A stretch of DNA of 64,000 nt. It comes from Haliotis rufescens (taxonomy: Eukaryota). The notes beneath the pieces were generated by a model that was given only the letters and a program-made list of their open reading frames with translations, did not search any database and was not told where the DNA came from. A program made the translations under genes and the position numbers. Position 1 is the stretch's first letter. Every line of letters begins with the position of its first letter. Below are positions 1 through 13,511 of this stretch, in pieces. The DNA lies in assembly GCF_023055435.1 (NCBI RefSeq), contig NW_025963891.1, positions 11,780,001-11,844,000 of the forward strand, written 5' to 3'.

Positions 1-150
1 TTAAATATCAGAGACCTATGCTTCCCATCACCATATACCACCCCTTGCATACAAGCAATCTCTCTGGGCAATTGTTGTAAATGAGTAATTTTAAGCATGT
101 TGCATGGAACCATACCGGATGTCTTGTATAGAAGTGTAGAAATGTCTTAC

Positions 151-327
151 CCACTATATCGTCTTTAAATGACTTGGTTGTTTCAATGGCTTTGACTTTG
201 GGTTCCTTAATGTGCTTTGGAAAGCAGCCCAAGGGTACAGCAACAAGGAGGGCTGCACAGCCAAAGATCAGGTACCCGAGCCACCATGCCCCGATCCACT
301 GGGGGCTACGACCATCAAGCTGGGACT
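151..327 (-). CDS. SLCO/OATP transporter copy A, coding exon 3 (gene continues beyond left edge)
   Basis: Encodes ESQLDGRSPQWIGAWWLGYLIFGCAALLVAVPLGCFPK (OATP signature region). AAG acceptor, GTAAG donor, 177 nt, phase 1/1, same length as copy B exon 3. Confidence 0.92.
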
Positions 328-615
328 CTTGAAATCAAAACATACCAGAAATATAATTTTTATTGTATGTGTGGCGTATTGAACAATTATTTATAATATT
401 AAAACTAAGTCTAGTGGATAAAATAGCCTCCATATTTGTTGACATTTGAAACTTTTAAAAGGCATCATTTGTTGGAAGTGTAAAGGCATATAACTTATTC
501 ATTGTAGCTTTCTACGTATTTGATTGTAAATTATTTTTGTGTAAATGTTGTGAAGGGACATTGAATTGGTATAATTTAATTTCTGCTTTCTACATAATGC
601 GAGCACAAAACCCAC

Positions 616-702
616 CGCTGAGATCAACAGGGATGTCGCTAAACCATCCACCAAGACCAAGTGCAACAGCTGGTCCGAGGAACGCCGCTGTCATAATGAT
701 GC
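616..702 (-). CDS. SLCO/OATP copy A, coding exon 2
   Basis: TTGCAG acceptor, GTGGGT donor, 87 nt; encodes GIIMTAAFLGPAVALGLGGWFSDIPVDLS; matches 18650-18736. Confidence 0.92.
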
Positions 703-754
703 CTGCAAGACCATGAACACAAACATCATAGAATCAGTACCTTAGCTAAACTCA

Positions 755-1110
755 TACATTCACTACTTCCTCTACAAGCATTACTACATCCATATGCACA
801 ACTTCGTCAACATGCACAACTTCGTCTACATGCACAACTTCCACTCATGCACAACGTCCTGTACAATCACACCTTACACTACACGCAGTACGTCCTCTAC
901 GTGCACGACTTTACTGCATGTACCTCTTACTCTACACCCAATATATCCTCATAATTTCCTGTACAAACAATACTACCTTTACACACACAACTTCCTCTAC
1001 ACACACAGTTTTGCCCTACATGCATACTTTTCCCTACAATCATTACTTCCTCTATATTCACTATTACCTCTATACTAACTACTTCCTCCTTATGAACTAC
1101 TTCTTATACA
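755..1110. repeat. Degenerate 18-bp minisatellite (ATGCACAACTTCCTCTAC-like) in SLCO-A intron 1
   Basis: 18-nt periodicity is visible; a homologous array lies at 18780-18980. Confidence 0.8.
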
Positions 1111-1179
1111 TTCTTTACAACTGTTTACTTACTTTTATTGATCAATGTGACTTAAAATAGTCAGATGTGATATTGTTGA

Positions 1180-3420
1180 ATTGTTAGAGAGGTTTTTGCA
1201 AATGACAATGTTTTTTCTCCTCACTTAGATGATGAAAATGAACTCAGTTCTAATCAGTTTACAGATATTGATGCATTCATACTAAATTCTACGATAACTG
1301 AACATGAAATTACATCATCAATAAATAAGTTAAAAAAAGGAAAATCCGCCGGGCCCGATCAAGTGCTGATAGAAATGCTTAAATGTTCCCAATTAGATAT
1401 TATGCCATTTCTTCATAAATGTTTCAACAAACTCTTTGATAATCAAATATTTCCAAACAGTTGGTCTTGTTCAGAAATAGTCCCTCTACATAAAAAAGGC
1501 GATCCGAGAAACCCTGACAACTACAGGGGGATCTCATTAATGAGTGTTCTGGGGAAAATTTTTACCTCTGTTTTGAATAACAGGCTTACTAACTGGGCAA
1601 ATATGAGAGATAAGATACCGGAAGTTCAAGCTGGTTTTAGAAAAAATTATTCAACCGTAGATCATATTTTTACATTATATGCTGCAATTCAAAAATGTCT
1701 AACACGTCGTAAACACAAGGTTTACGTTGCTTTTATTGATTTTAAAAAGGCATTTGATACAGTTGATCGTTATAAATTATGGTGTTGTTTAAGAAAAGCT
1801 GGACTACAAGGGAAGATGTTTAATATAATACAATCAATGTATTCAAATATCAAGTCATGTGTACGTAGTGATTATGGTGTTACTGATTTTATCGATTGCC
1901 CATCTGGTTTACGTCAGGGATGTATACTGAGTCCTCTGTTATTTTCGTTTTTCATAAGCGAATTATATTATGAAATCTCAAGTAACGGCAAGCATGGTAT
2001 ACAGATGTATCCTGACATCCTTGAACTTCTTATGCTCCTTTTTGCCGATGATGTTATTTTACTATCTGACACTGTTATTGGTCTACAGAATCAGTTGAAT
2101 GTATTAGATAAATATACTAAGGAATGGAATTTATCTGTAAATTTAGATAAGACAGAAATTATAGTATTCAGAAAAGGGGGTCCTTTAAATTTTAGGGAAA
2201 GATGGTACTTAAATGGACAACAAATTAATGTAGTTAATGGTTATAAGTATCTCGGCATAATGTTTAATTCAACACTAAATATGAACAAATGTGTATCTGA
2301 CTTATCACTGCGAGGGAAACGAGCTTTACTTAATATAATGTCTGTTTCACATAAACTTGGAGTTATTACTCCAAAAGTATTTTTCAAATTATTTGATACT
2401 CAAATACAGCCAATTTTATTGTATGGATCTGAAGTGTGGGGTTACCGAAGATATGAATGTTTAGAAAGAATTCACCTACTGGCATGTAAAAAGTTTCTTC
2501 GCGTTGGAATAGCAACACCAAATAATATGATATATGGAGAATGTGGAAGATACCCACTTTACATTAATTCACAAATAAAGTGTTTAAAATATTGGTTTAA
2601 TATCATCCGTATGCCAGAACATCGGCTTCCGAAAAAAGCTTATAACATGCTCTTTCATTTAGATAGTATCGGTAAGGTTACATGGGTATCGCATATTAGG
2701 ACACTATTATTCTCACATGGATATGGGTATATATGGCTTAACCAATCTGTTGGTGATCAACATTTATTTCTAAATTATTTTCGTAAAATAGCAATAAATA
2801 TGTTCTATCAAGGGTGGCAATGCAACTTGGAAAATAGTTCACGTTATGATTTGTACAGAACATTTAAGACTCTATTAGAGCCAGAAAAATATCTATCAGT
2901 TTTAACAAATAGTCACCTAAGAAATGGATATATTAAATACAGACTTGGCTTGTCAAAACTTATGATTAACTATGGACGGAATATATCACTTGAAAGAATA
3001 CAAAGAATTTGTCCATTCTGTAACTCTGCAATAGAAGACGAAATACATTTTACCTTTGAATGTCCTTATTATGCAGAATTACGTACTAAATATATACCAG
3101 AATGTTTCTTATCTAAGACAAGTAGAATAGCTTTTGTTTCTATTTTGTCATCGAATGATGCCGATGTAATGTTTAAACTGTCTTTATTTGTAAAACATGG
3201 GATGGAACTACGAAATAACATGTTGAGTGGAAATTCATAATTTTAATTACCTCACCCTAGAAAGTCCTCATGATTATCACCGATTGTTAAATGAATGTTA
3301 TATTTATATAATTTTTGTTGTATCTCCCAATCTGTAAATTCTCACCCACTGTATTTATCTGAACTTGTATATGGGCCGATGGCCTTTGATACAATAAACA
3401 TCTTTGACTTTGACTTTGAA
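1180..3420 (+). mobile_element. 5'-truncated non-LTR retrotransposon (LINE, RTE-X-like) with uninterrupted RT plus C-terminal CCHC reading frame
   Basis: Frame is open 1180-3240 with KSAGPD, NYRGISL, QAGFR, FIDFKKAFD, GLRQGCILSP, LFADD, YKYLG, GECGRYPL and CPFC..EDEIHF..EC. The 3' end has AATAAA and a (TTTGAC)n tail. No endonuclease domain. Clade assignment is by motif recall. Confidence 0.93.
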
Positions 3421-3672
3421 TATGATCACACAATTATATAGGCTTCATAATTTGTTAAAGGGCCACACAGCTCGGTTCAGTGGGCACTCCAGTAGCCAAG
3501 TTTTATTAAAGTCACCCAATTCCGTTTTGTTTGTCTGTTAGCTAATCTATCTATATAAATGGCCGCTAGTCTCAACAACGTTGTCTCAGAAAAATGGAAA
3601 TATTTTTACAACGAACCATGAACTTCTCTATTTCATAATGAATTGAAATATTATTCAGACTTGAGACCTTAC

Positions 3673-4282
3673 CTGTCAGTAAACTCGACTGCTGTTTGTC
3701 ACGCGAGTTGTTGTCAACGTACGGTAAACCCAGGGAAAACCGTGGGGATTTACCCATCCCTTGTAACACGAAAAGCACGGCAAGCACATTGTACATCCAA
3801 TATCCGTTGTCAGTCGTTTGGTCCTTCGTAGCTGGACATCGCTCATTGTCCTGCACGGAATCCCGACATAGTCTGACACTTTGTGGAGAGGAATAGTTGG
3901 AGCCGAGGTCCTCTACACGAGGAAGCGATACAGGATTCATGAAGTGTAACAGACCCGACATTAAACTAGCAAGGCCATACACAGCCAGTGCGCAGGACAG
4001 GATCCTAGGTATAAAGCGTCTTCCCCAAAAATGACTGAAGAAAAAAATAGCTGAAAGATAACCGATTTCGCTGCAGCTTAGGAGTAGGCCACTTTTTGTA
4101 CTGCTGAGTCCAAACTGCTTCTCGAGAGAGGTGATCTGGGACACGGTATAGGACTTGACTGCCTCCAGCACCAGGGATGACACACTGAACACGGCAGTGA
4201 ACAAGAGGATGTTGTTGAAACAACGACGCCGAGGTCCTCCAGTTTCAACAATGACGCCGACACTCAGACCGTTCCTCTCCAT
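3673..4282 (-). CDS. SLCO/OATP copy A, coding exon 1
   Basis: ATG at 4282, 610 nt, G|GTAAGG donor; SQITSLEKQFGLSSTKSGLLLS and GLPYVDNN are OATP motifs. Confidence 0.92.
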
Positions 4283-4556
4283 CTTCAAAATCTATAACTG
4301 ATCGACAAAATAAAGGTGACATACATGGATTATTTAATAACTGCAAAGGATTATTTATTCTAAACAGAATGGAAAAAGTGTCACCATTTCACAGCACTGG
4401 ATGTGAGTAGTAGCATTTATATAAAATCTGTTAATCGATCGATAAAGCAATGATCTTTCAGTAGTGATCCGCATTTAGTTGGATCGTTCAATTATGTTGA
4501 TCTTTCAGTTGGACATATTATTTGTCTATGGTTCGCGTTTCTTTTGGAATGAGTGT

Positions 4557-4720
4557 ATACTCTTCACAAAAATTAGGGGATATTCGAAAAAAACCTTTCC
4601 AAACATGTTAAAGATATTAGTTTCTAGTTACAGTCGTATGGTAATATTGAACAAATTTGGAACACATTACAACCGGTAGTGAAGTATGACAGTGTATATT
4701 TACCAAATATTGAGCTACAT
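4557..4720. mobile_element. Terminal fragment of a Tc1-like element related to 7342-7810
   Basis: TA+TACTCTT start and shared sequence (AACACATTACAACCGGTAGT) with the 7342 element. Confidence 0.5.
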
Positions 4721-5960
4721 TGACAGCAATGTAAAAACGGAATAGGCTTGCTGGTTTAACACGGTAAAAATTGATTTTCCCGAACTGGTATAGTGAGATC
4801 ACCGATAATATAACAGTTCTCACTTTTGTAAATATTAATATAAACTGCCAACGCAAGATATCAACCATCCTAGATTTTCGTCAGAATAAGGTTCCATTTA
4901 GCGAATAGAAAGTTATTAGTACTTCCGGTTTGATTCGTAAGTTCAAATAAAGACAGCTTGTGTTTTCCTGAGCCGAAAGTGCTCATGAATAGATTTTGTG
5001 GTTTTAATTGCTACTGCGGAAGGCATCTGGTGTCTTAAACCGGAAGTGATCAGGCGTATTGATGCAGTGCTGAAACTAAAGCTGTTGCGTGTAAAGTGAA
5101 GGTTATCTATATACGCACTACATTATGCACTATAACCCCCCGGTGTGTCATGGAATACAGGCGTTATACAATGTCACAGATCTCTCCCATCACAAATGTA
5201 CATCATGGACTAGAGCTGTACTTTTAGCCCGATTCAAATGTTGTATTTCCTTTTCAAGGCCATTGACCCACATACAAATGCACATAATTTACAATTGGCA
5301 ATAGGCAATAGAAGCACATATCATTAAAATATTGGAATGATATTTTCTAGATATGTGACTTTCTTAATAATCATAATGGTAGTTGACAGAACTTCATTAA
5401 GTTGACTACATGAGGTTCGGCTTTCAAATTCAAAACATGGAATGGTTGGTAAGATCGCAAAGTTATCCAGTAAATGTTTCTTCGTTAAAATATGAGGAAC
5501 ATTAAACATCAAGTGTCTAATGTACGAACTGAGTTACTTCCCCGTCAACATCCCCATTACGAGTATAATGTCTGACACTTACACACAAGTACACCTTTTT
5601 CTCTTCTTCTATAGCATACTATATATAAAACAAGCTCATTGTGATGTTGAAAAGTGTCAAAATTTCGAAATCAAGCACAATTTCACAGTCCTATCTAACC
5701 TTTCACCTGCCCTGGGCCTTGTCTATACCAGATACTTGTACTTTATCAAATACTGCTCTCCCTCCTTGAATAATTCATTTATAACTTTATAATGGCCTGG
5801 TGCTTTCGCTACTTTAAATTTGCCAATTGAATTAATTTGATTAACTCTTTGTGACGTCGTTCATTTCTTCAAACACTATCGTAAATGTATCGTCTTGCTG
5901 CGGAAAACAGAACATCTGCATACGCCAATAATTCTGAAATACGTGTTACCTCCGAGAGAA

Positions 5961-6206
5961 ACCCGTGAAGATCCGGTAAGAATAGGTCTACAGCAAGCCA
6001 TGATTGCGGTTGGAGGCGATTATGCTTGCTATGGGATCGGGTGGTCAGGCTTGGTGACTTCGTTCATGCATGTCATCGTATCCTAGTTGCGTACATCGAG
6101 GCTCATGGTGGCAATCACTGGAATCTCTGGTCCAGACTCGATTATTTTCAGACCGCTTTCATGTAGCTGGAATATTGCTAAATGCGGCGTTAAATACAAA
6201 CAAAAC
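5961..6206 (+). mobile_element. ~260-bp non-tRNA retroposon (family 2), diverged copy
   Basis: ACCCGTGAAGATCCGG head through GGAATATTGCT..GCGGCGTTAAA and an (ACAA)n tail; about 14 copies in the window. Confidence 0.85.
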
Positions 6207-6474
6207 CTCCGAGAGGTGTATAAAAAATGCGGACACGAACGATGAATAATTATGTTGCCATTTTTACATGGACTTGTATATCTAACGATGCTGTTGAACC
6301 CGTTCACAGGGAATTTACGTGGTGATGTGCATCAAACTGAGAAGATCACTTACACTATACCAGCAGATGCAGATAGTATAGCTGTACAGGAGCACTCATT
6401 GACCAACAGTACTACTCACAGATTGATTGAGCTTCACGTTATCCGACCTTAATGCTGCGTATGTGGTGATAACA

Positions 6475-6615
6475 GTATGCAAGTGGTTCTGCAAGTGGTT
6501 CTGCAAAATGTTCTGCAAGTGGTTCTGCAAAAGGTTCTGCATGTGGTTCTGCAAGTGGTTCTGCAAGAGGTTCTGCAAGTGGTTCTGCAAGTGGTTCTGA
6601 AAGAGGTTCTGCATG
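6475..6615. repeat. 12-bp minisatellite (GTGGTTCTGCAA)n
   Basis: About 11 tandem units; explains the low-complexity LQVV/LQNH ORFs. Confidence 0.92.
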
Positions 6616-6943
6616 TAGTTCACCTACATGTACCTCGGCTAACTGTACATGTGCTACAGCACAGTGATATGTATGTTATATGTTGTCTTACTCTAACAAA
6701 CAGCTTGATATCGACGTACCAGGCTCTAGATGAGTTATGCAATCTGTGTAACTCACTTTGTGCTCAAGGTGACTGTTATCCCTGGAGACCTCAATGCTGA
6801 CATGTCAAAGGCTGTGTCATCTCGAGATAAACATTAGTTTTGTGTACACGATTTTTTAGTGAATACAATAGAGTATACACTTACAAGTAAAGACACTTTC
6901 GGTAGATCGACATAGATTATATCCTCATACCGTCTCATTTACA

Positions 6944-7084
6944 AGGGGCGTTGAGTTAGCCTAGTTATTAAAGCGTTCGCTCGCCACGCCGAAGACCCGG
7001 GTTCGGTTCCCCCAAACATTCTGGTGTGATGTTGCTGGACTTTTGCTAAAAGCGGCGTAAACCACTATGCTTACTCACCCACTC
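6944..7084 (+). mobile_element. tRNA-derived SINE (family 1), internally deleted
   Basis: A-box and B-box-like head, GCGGCGTAAA..(ACTC)n tail, flanking direct repeat CATTTACAA. Confidence 0.85.
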
Positions 7085-7341
7085 ATTTACAATGTAAGGT
7101 GGTATTAAAATGTGTATACTACTTAGAAAACCTCTGATCACTTTCCATGTGAGACTATCAACTAATACAGATAGGCCCGTGTACTAAACATATGGCAAAG
7201 GATGTCTGTTTTATTGAACGGAATACAGCTACAAATGGTGAGATAGCATCTACAAAGTCTCCCTTACTAAACTGTTATCTAGTATTGACAATGGCTGAGT
7301 ACTACACAGGACGGCACTGAGACACATGATGGTGGAATGTT

Positions 7342-7810
7342 TACTCTTAAAAATGGGATACAAATTTCCCAAATTGTAAGAGATATGTTTCTAGTAATAA
7401 TTAAATGACAATAATGATCGAATTGGCAACACATTACAACCGGTAGTAAAATTTCAAAATTGACGTTTTTGGACCAATAGTGCATAATATCGCCATGATT
7501 TGTGAAACATTCATTCACTCGACGAGGCATAGTGCGTATGATTCTCCCAATGGCGATTTTAGGGAGTCTGTCCCACTCCCACTGTCTCGTCAAGTTCAAC
7601 CAACGTGGTCGCCGTCCTATGACGCCGACGCACACGTCTCCTGATCATGCCCAAAACGTGTTCACCGGGGTCGACCCCCAACATTTTGGGTTTGATATTA
7701 CCTTGTGATAGTGAACAATTCGAACAATTTAACTTTGTCACCACATCTAAACTAGCTTATATAAAACTAAGTCTTGACTATGACGAATGTAGCACTGGTA
7801 TTTAATGGAC
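7342..7810 (-). mobile_element. Degenerate Tc1-like transposon fragment
   Basis: Minus strand reads EWDRLPKIAIGRIIRTMPRRVNECFTNHGDIMHY, a Tc1 transposase C-terminus. Confidence 0.65.
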
Positions 7811-8384
7811 TGATATTTCTGTATCTAAAGTTGGCTGTTTTATACTAAACGTCCTATGAATATATCACCTGGCCCAGATTTATTCATAACGAATTCATCA
7901 TGAGCATATTTTGGGCCGTGGTGAACTGCTGTTACAAAACTACCGTCATATAGCTGGAATATTGCTGAGTGCGGCGTTAAACAACAAACAAAACCCAAAA
8001 CAAAATAACACACCATTCATAAAGTCAGCATTTCTGCCATTTATATTCAGATTAATCCTAACTTGTATTTTGTATGTGAAAAAAAGGAAATATTAGGAAT
8101 TGGAGTTTAATATTGTTTATGTTTAATTTGTACAATTATTAAATCAGAATTTGGATGTGACAAGCTTCATGCCTTAAAATTTAGATAGACCACAATACTA
8201 GGGACCGTGGGCTCTTACGAATGGAATGTGTCAACACACAAGGAAATAATAAATACGGTTCCTGATCCTGCATGTTACCTTCTAATCAAATATGGGGGTG
8301 GAAATAGATTTAACAACATTATACAGTTATTACATTCATTAATAATACATAAATGCGACAAAGTGTTCTTAAAATAATCTCTCG

Positions 8385-8640
8385 ATTGTGCATGTGTTTA
8401 TGAATCACTATCAAATAGTGATGATACCAAGTGTTCGCGAAAGGTCGACCGTAACCTGCTCCAAGGGTCACCCGTCACAAACACATGCAAAAACAAGTCA
8501 ACTGTTCACCTGAGAAAAAACACACGTACATATGGTTCAGGTCAAAATGAGGAATTGAATCGGATATTTTTTGTCCCTGTGCCAAATTTGGAAATGTCCT
8601 CCACATGTCTACCATAAAACGTTTAGAAATTTTCAGGGAG
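8385..8640 (-). repeat. Interspersed repeat (family 3, possibly Penelope-associated)
   Basis: Reverse-complement similarity to 22900-23160; partial copies near 13785-13850, 16415-16450 and 50145-50200. Confidence 0.6.
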
Positions 8641-9699
8641 GCCTTGAATGTTGTAATCTTCATCTAACAACTACTGAGCTAGAGAACGCATGGCGCTCTT
8701 TGAAATCAGGGTAGAAACAGCATCCTTGATTGTACCTCAAAAGTAAACACCACAGGCCAGAGCTGCAGAAATACTGCTCAACATGAAGAGAAAGTTAACT
8801 ATTGGAAAGTTGAAGTCCCTTCTTTAGTAATGTATCAATGTAGACTCAACTACAGTACTTTGTATGGTTTTGCCAGAATAGATGAACAGATTGAGGAGAC
8901 TAAACTTTGAAGGATCGCGAAAAGCAAAATAAATCATCTTATTATGAACTTTTGAAAATATATAATGTTTGTAATAATATGGTGATTAGGTATATTGTCT
9001 ATCATACATGAAATCCAGTCAGACAGACTTACCAACTCAACATTAGAATCTCACGCTCTGGCTGCACACTGACACCGCCAACTGATCAGCAACGATGGAA
9101 TGCGTCATGTAACATGTCTGTCAGGTCAATGTTATGATATTTCAAACTAGCGTACTCAATGGAGTAACGCACAATGCTGACGTGAGTGTGACCCACCGGA
9201 GCGGCGCAGCAGCCTGTGTTCGCGACGACAAATCAAAATATTTCAGCAATTTCTCGCAAAATGTGTTCAGTCATGAGAGTGGAGTTAGATGAAATTTGAG
9301 GCTTCCCCCAGCCTACCCCTGAAAGTTTTTAAAAAACCCCCGAAAACATAACATCGAAGATGTCCATGAGGACAGATACCAAGTTCTTCAACGGAACTTG
9401 CTTGGCAGTGAATAAGTTGCCCAAGCAGCTCACAATACTAGCACTGTCAACCTTTATTGGACTCTATGAACTCAAACGTTCAACAATTTATTTTCTGACA
9501 TGGTGATTATAGCTGACTACAACAAACAGCACTCGCAGGTGGTTCACACTTGAAGCTTCATCAATACTTCTTCAACAACTTGTTCCATCAATCAAAGATA
9601 TGTATATACAGCAAAATCTGCATTAAATCGATTACGTAGTGACAAATATTTGGTATGAGCTTGGATTTCCAAAAAAATCATCAATCTCAGCAAATGTAA

Positions 9700-9910
9700 A
9701 ATATATCTCTAGCAACGGACATTCAATAGAATATCCCTGGGACAGAGGATCTTTCTGTAGAGATCAAGTTTATGTCCCTCGCGTAAGAATTAATTACTGA
9801 AACGAGTCCCGGGGATATTGTATAGAAAGTACCACTGGCCAAAATTGTGCTATAGAAAGATTCTCTGCCCAAGGGATATTCTATTGAATGTCCCTCGCTA
9901 AAGATTTACT
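9700..9910. repeat. Fold-back palindromic element
   Basis: GGACATTCAATAGAATATCCCTGGG...CCCAAGGGATATTCTATTGAATGTCC inverted arms. Confidence 0.8.
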
Positions 9911-12602
9911 TTATATGTGACCACAATCTACATCTGGAATTGTGCGGAATGATGTAAACTCAAGCTACAAATGTGTTCTTTAAATGTTCTGTAGATCGAA
10001 CTTGCAACCTTATATGGATTCAAAAAAGTGGTAAAAGTTTGAGACCTAGATCGCTTTAGGCTTTCCTCCTCGCGTGGACGTCTACTTTAGCCTTGTTCTG
10101 GTGTGTCGTCCAACTGCTTGTCGTTATACTGAAAGCACATATTGTTATTATCTTTGTAAGGTAATAGGTAAGATTCCAGTTTGAGATATCAGCTGGACAA
10201 GATTTCGGCTGTTAGGATAATATATTGTAGGGTAGGTCTTATTGGCGGCTCTATTTTGGCCATCTTTCTTATTAGTGTTGAAACTTATGATGTTAGGTAC
10301 AGTTAATATTGACAGTGTCCTCTCGTGCACCGCATTGTTTGACATTCCACCCTGCGTTCCAACAAACTTTCCACAGCTCCGGTCGCATCGATACAGTTTT
10401 AATGTAACGGCTTATTGTATCAATGAGTATCTGTAACCTCTTTGTACTGTCTCTAGGCAGACACAATTAATGTATCACAACTTCTTTAGAGTACTGTAAT
10501 AACGACGCTTCAGTATAGATCCTTTTTCCGTTGTCAAGACAGACTGAATAGCGAACATTGTACAAAATATACGGAGCAGGTGGGGGATTAACAATAACAA
10601 CACATTGTTTTCATGAGAGATTAACATGAATAGGTTTAATAGTGACGGGGGATAATATTGTTATAGCATGATAGACAAAGAACACATGACGAGAAAGCCA
10701 ATCAAACAGGAATAAACATGCATGAGTGGGATGATTATTGTTTAATGAGTTCACAGTATCGGATGACATGAATGAATAAAAGAATGAATTCTAAATTTCC
10801 TCCAGAGTTGCATCCGAAGATCATTCATGGGCAAATACATGATTTACAATATATTAGTTACATAACTTGTCAATTGTTGCATCACCAAACTTGTAACTTT
10901 CTTTATTATGAGGTGTCGTGTTTTACAGAATACAATTGGTTTGCTGGCATATTAACGAACTGAATCAAGTGAAGACTGAAAGGGAAGTAGACAAGAGTGT
11001 TGTATCATCGGCCAATAAGACACAGGTTATATCAAATCCATGAATAGCGGTCATTGTTTGCTTTCCTTAATTCGCATATAAGATCATTTATGAAAATGAG
11101 AAAGATATACCTTGCCCAGCACCTTGTTTAATGGGAAATGTATGTCTCCGTTGTATGATATAAAATCCGTATAGCTTTGGAAAAGTAGGTTCCATGATTT
11201 GCCCTTGAAACCAATGTCATGTGACTTGACAAATAAACCGTCATGCTAGATACGATCGAAAGCCTTTTCATAATCTGAAAATGCAGCAAACACTTGCGAT
11301 GATTCTCTTCCTGGATTGAAACACATTCTAAAACGACTAAAACTTCGGGTTATGATTGGAAGTTACTGAGAGTGTATTTCCCCTTCTACGTAAAACGATT
11401 TTCTCCAAGGGTTTAGATAAACATGATGAAAGAGTTATCCTACCGTAATTACGGGGATCACGTTTGTAGTTTATAGACAGGTATAATTATACCTTGTCCG
11501 AAGGCACATGGATAGTACAGGGATGCAAGTATGTGACTGAATAGGTGTATTGAGTGGTACTACAAGTGCCTCTCCTTCAAATATTAAGAGCTCATTTAAG
11601 ACACATTCAGGCCCTGGATATTTTTTTCTTTTAAGGTTGTGTAAATTGATTTGATTTCTGAGATCTGGATCATCCATGGATCATGTTTACCACGTTTTTC
11701 TTCAATAATAAAATGAAGTTTTGATACAATGGTGAATTTAACGTTTTCATCAAATTATTGAGAGTGGTGGGGTTTTGCAAAGACTGAAAAATAGTCACCC
11801 CACAGTTTACATATATCAGCTGAAGAAACAGCACTACATCCTTTGTAAACTAATATTACCAATAGCTGTACTTACGTGCGTCTCAGCTTACAAACATGTT
11901 TACAGAATGTCTTTATATCGGCTTCACCTGTCTTTTCTAGCTCTGTACTTATTTCTTTACATTGTTCACGTTTTGATTTTAGGTGTAAACGTGTAAATAC
12001 CTTTGAGCATTTTTATAGGATTTGTATAAGCTAGAGTTTTCGCCCGATGGCATATTGTCCGCTATCCATTCTTGTCTTGTCTTGGGGTTCACGTAACCTA
12101 TCATATCAGTAGGCGGATGGTCATACCACCCGCTTTTTATGAACTCAATAAACAATCATCCTGATTTCTGAGTTGTGAGTTTCCATAGAAAGCCTTCATC
12201 TCTGTTGAATGATGGCTTGTGGCGGCAAAACTTCAAGCATCAAATCAAACAGTACATCAGCCACCTCGAACCATATCAGCAACTGCTCCATTCACAACAT
12301 TAATTGTGAAAACGTCCAATCCTCTCCAACAACCTACATGACTTCCCTAAAAGAAAACTAGCAGGAGCAGTTAAGATTCGCTGGTACATAGTTCTACACA
12401 GCAAGGGATTACGGTGAACCCAACCAGACCCTTTGAGGGAGATAATGGAACTCATATCGAAACTGATTTTTCATTACAAACACCTCTTTACGTGACATTT
12501 AGAAGTTGGTATGATGAACAAGGGCGATAATCATATGCTTATACAACGTGTTTATTACAATGAATGATGAAAGCGACGTCACCTCGCCTCACAACGAAAA
12601 GC

Positions 12603-12644
12603 ATGTTTGATGACGGTGTTAGTGTCTACACCGAAACGTCGCAT
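12603..12644 (+). ncRNA. Minimal type I hammerhead ribozyme-like motif (Penelope-type) with C3U change
   Basis: ATGT-TTGATGA-C-GGTGT(8-nt loop)ACACC-GAAAC-GTC-GCAT, followed by AATAAA. Confidence 0.62.
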
Positions 12645-12723
12645 TCATTGTAATAAAGAAGTTGCATAACCATAGAACTATCTCCCTTGTCACTATAACT
12701 TTGTCACCTAAACACCACGTTCT

Positions 12724-12989
12724 TCAGTCTACTTCTGCAGCTTCAGGGTGGGTTTGCGATGTGTCTGAATCAGGGTACTCCTTAACGACGCCATATTTTA
12801 GTAAAAGAAAAGCAGCAAAGAAAGCAGCTGACGACAGCAACTGAAGTCCTGTGTCCATCCCCTTCACACGATACCGTAGGTTAGGGAGATCATACAGCGC
12901 GCATGCGCCGACCTCGCCACACGTGGTTTCCCAGAGAGTGCACGTGGTGTCAATGACCATCCCATACACAATAGGTGATGGGAGGAACC
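12724..12989 (-). CDS. SLCO/OATP copy B, coding exon 9 (last, includes stop)
   Basis: CCAG acceptor; GFLPSPIVYGMVIDTTCTLWETTCGEVGACALYD is the OATP TM11/ECL6 motif. Confidence 0.95.
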
Positions 12990-13511
12990 CTGGGGAAGAA
13001 GGATCCAGAATCATAAAGTAACACAAGAATATACACAATCTACATTCATACATTCCATTGTAGAATCAGCAAGCGTGTACTTGTCAATGTAGATCTGCAA
13101 CTTACAGTCATTTCAAACTTTATTTTGAACTTTTGTTTACCTTGTGTTTTTTCAATGCAGATACATATGAATAACGTATAAAGCAAATGAAACTTGTCAC
13201 TGTCCAAAATGAAGCATTTGTTTGGATGTTAACCTCTTGTATGTCAAAATGGAACCACAGTAAAATACTATACAAGTAGAAAGTTGCAGACGAAGCATCA
13301 CCCTAATATTTGTAACACCTTCAGGCTGTTATCCTTGTAATTACTGAAGATGCACATACAATCCTCATGTGTATATATGCAGGAGTATTTCTAGGTATGA
13401 AGTCTCCAACATGTTTCAAGCGCGGGGTTGATAGAATATATCGTCGCTTCGGTTGCGGTCAAATACGAGCAGACTCAATGCACAGTCCCCACATACTGTG
13501 CCTGTACTTAC

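Noticed and set aside
1363-3240. Retron, DGR or group II intron RT, or a domesticated gene
   Set aside because: The motifs, CCHC tail, poly(A) signal and tandem 3' tail are those of a 5'-truncated non-LTR retrotransposon.
6396-6800. Repetitive ORFs (LQNH/LQVV; also 794-1160 and 18780-19008)
   Set aside because: These are translations of 12-bp and 18-bp minisatellites that happen to lack stops.
13340-13390. Hammerhead-like CTGAAGA plus hairpin
   Set aside because: No GAAA core or NUH site after the stem.
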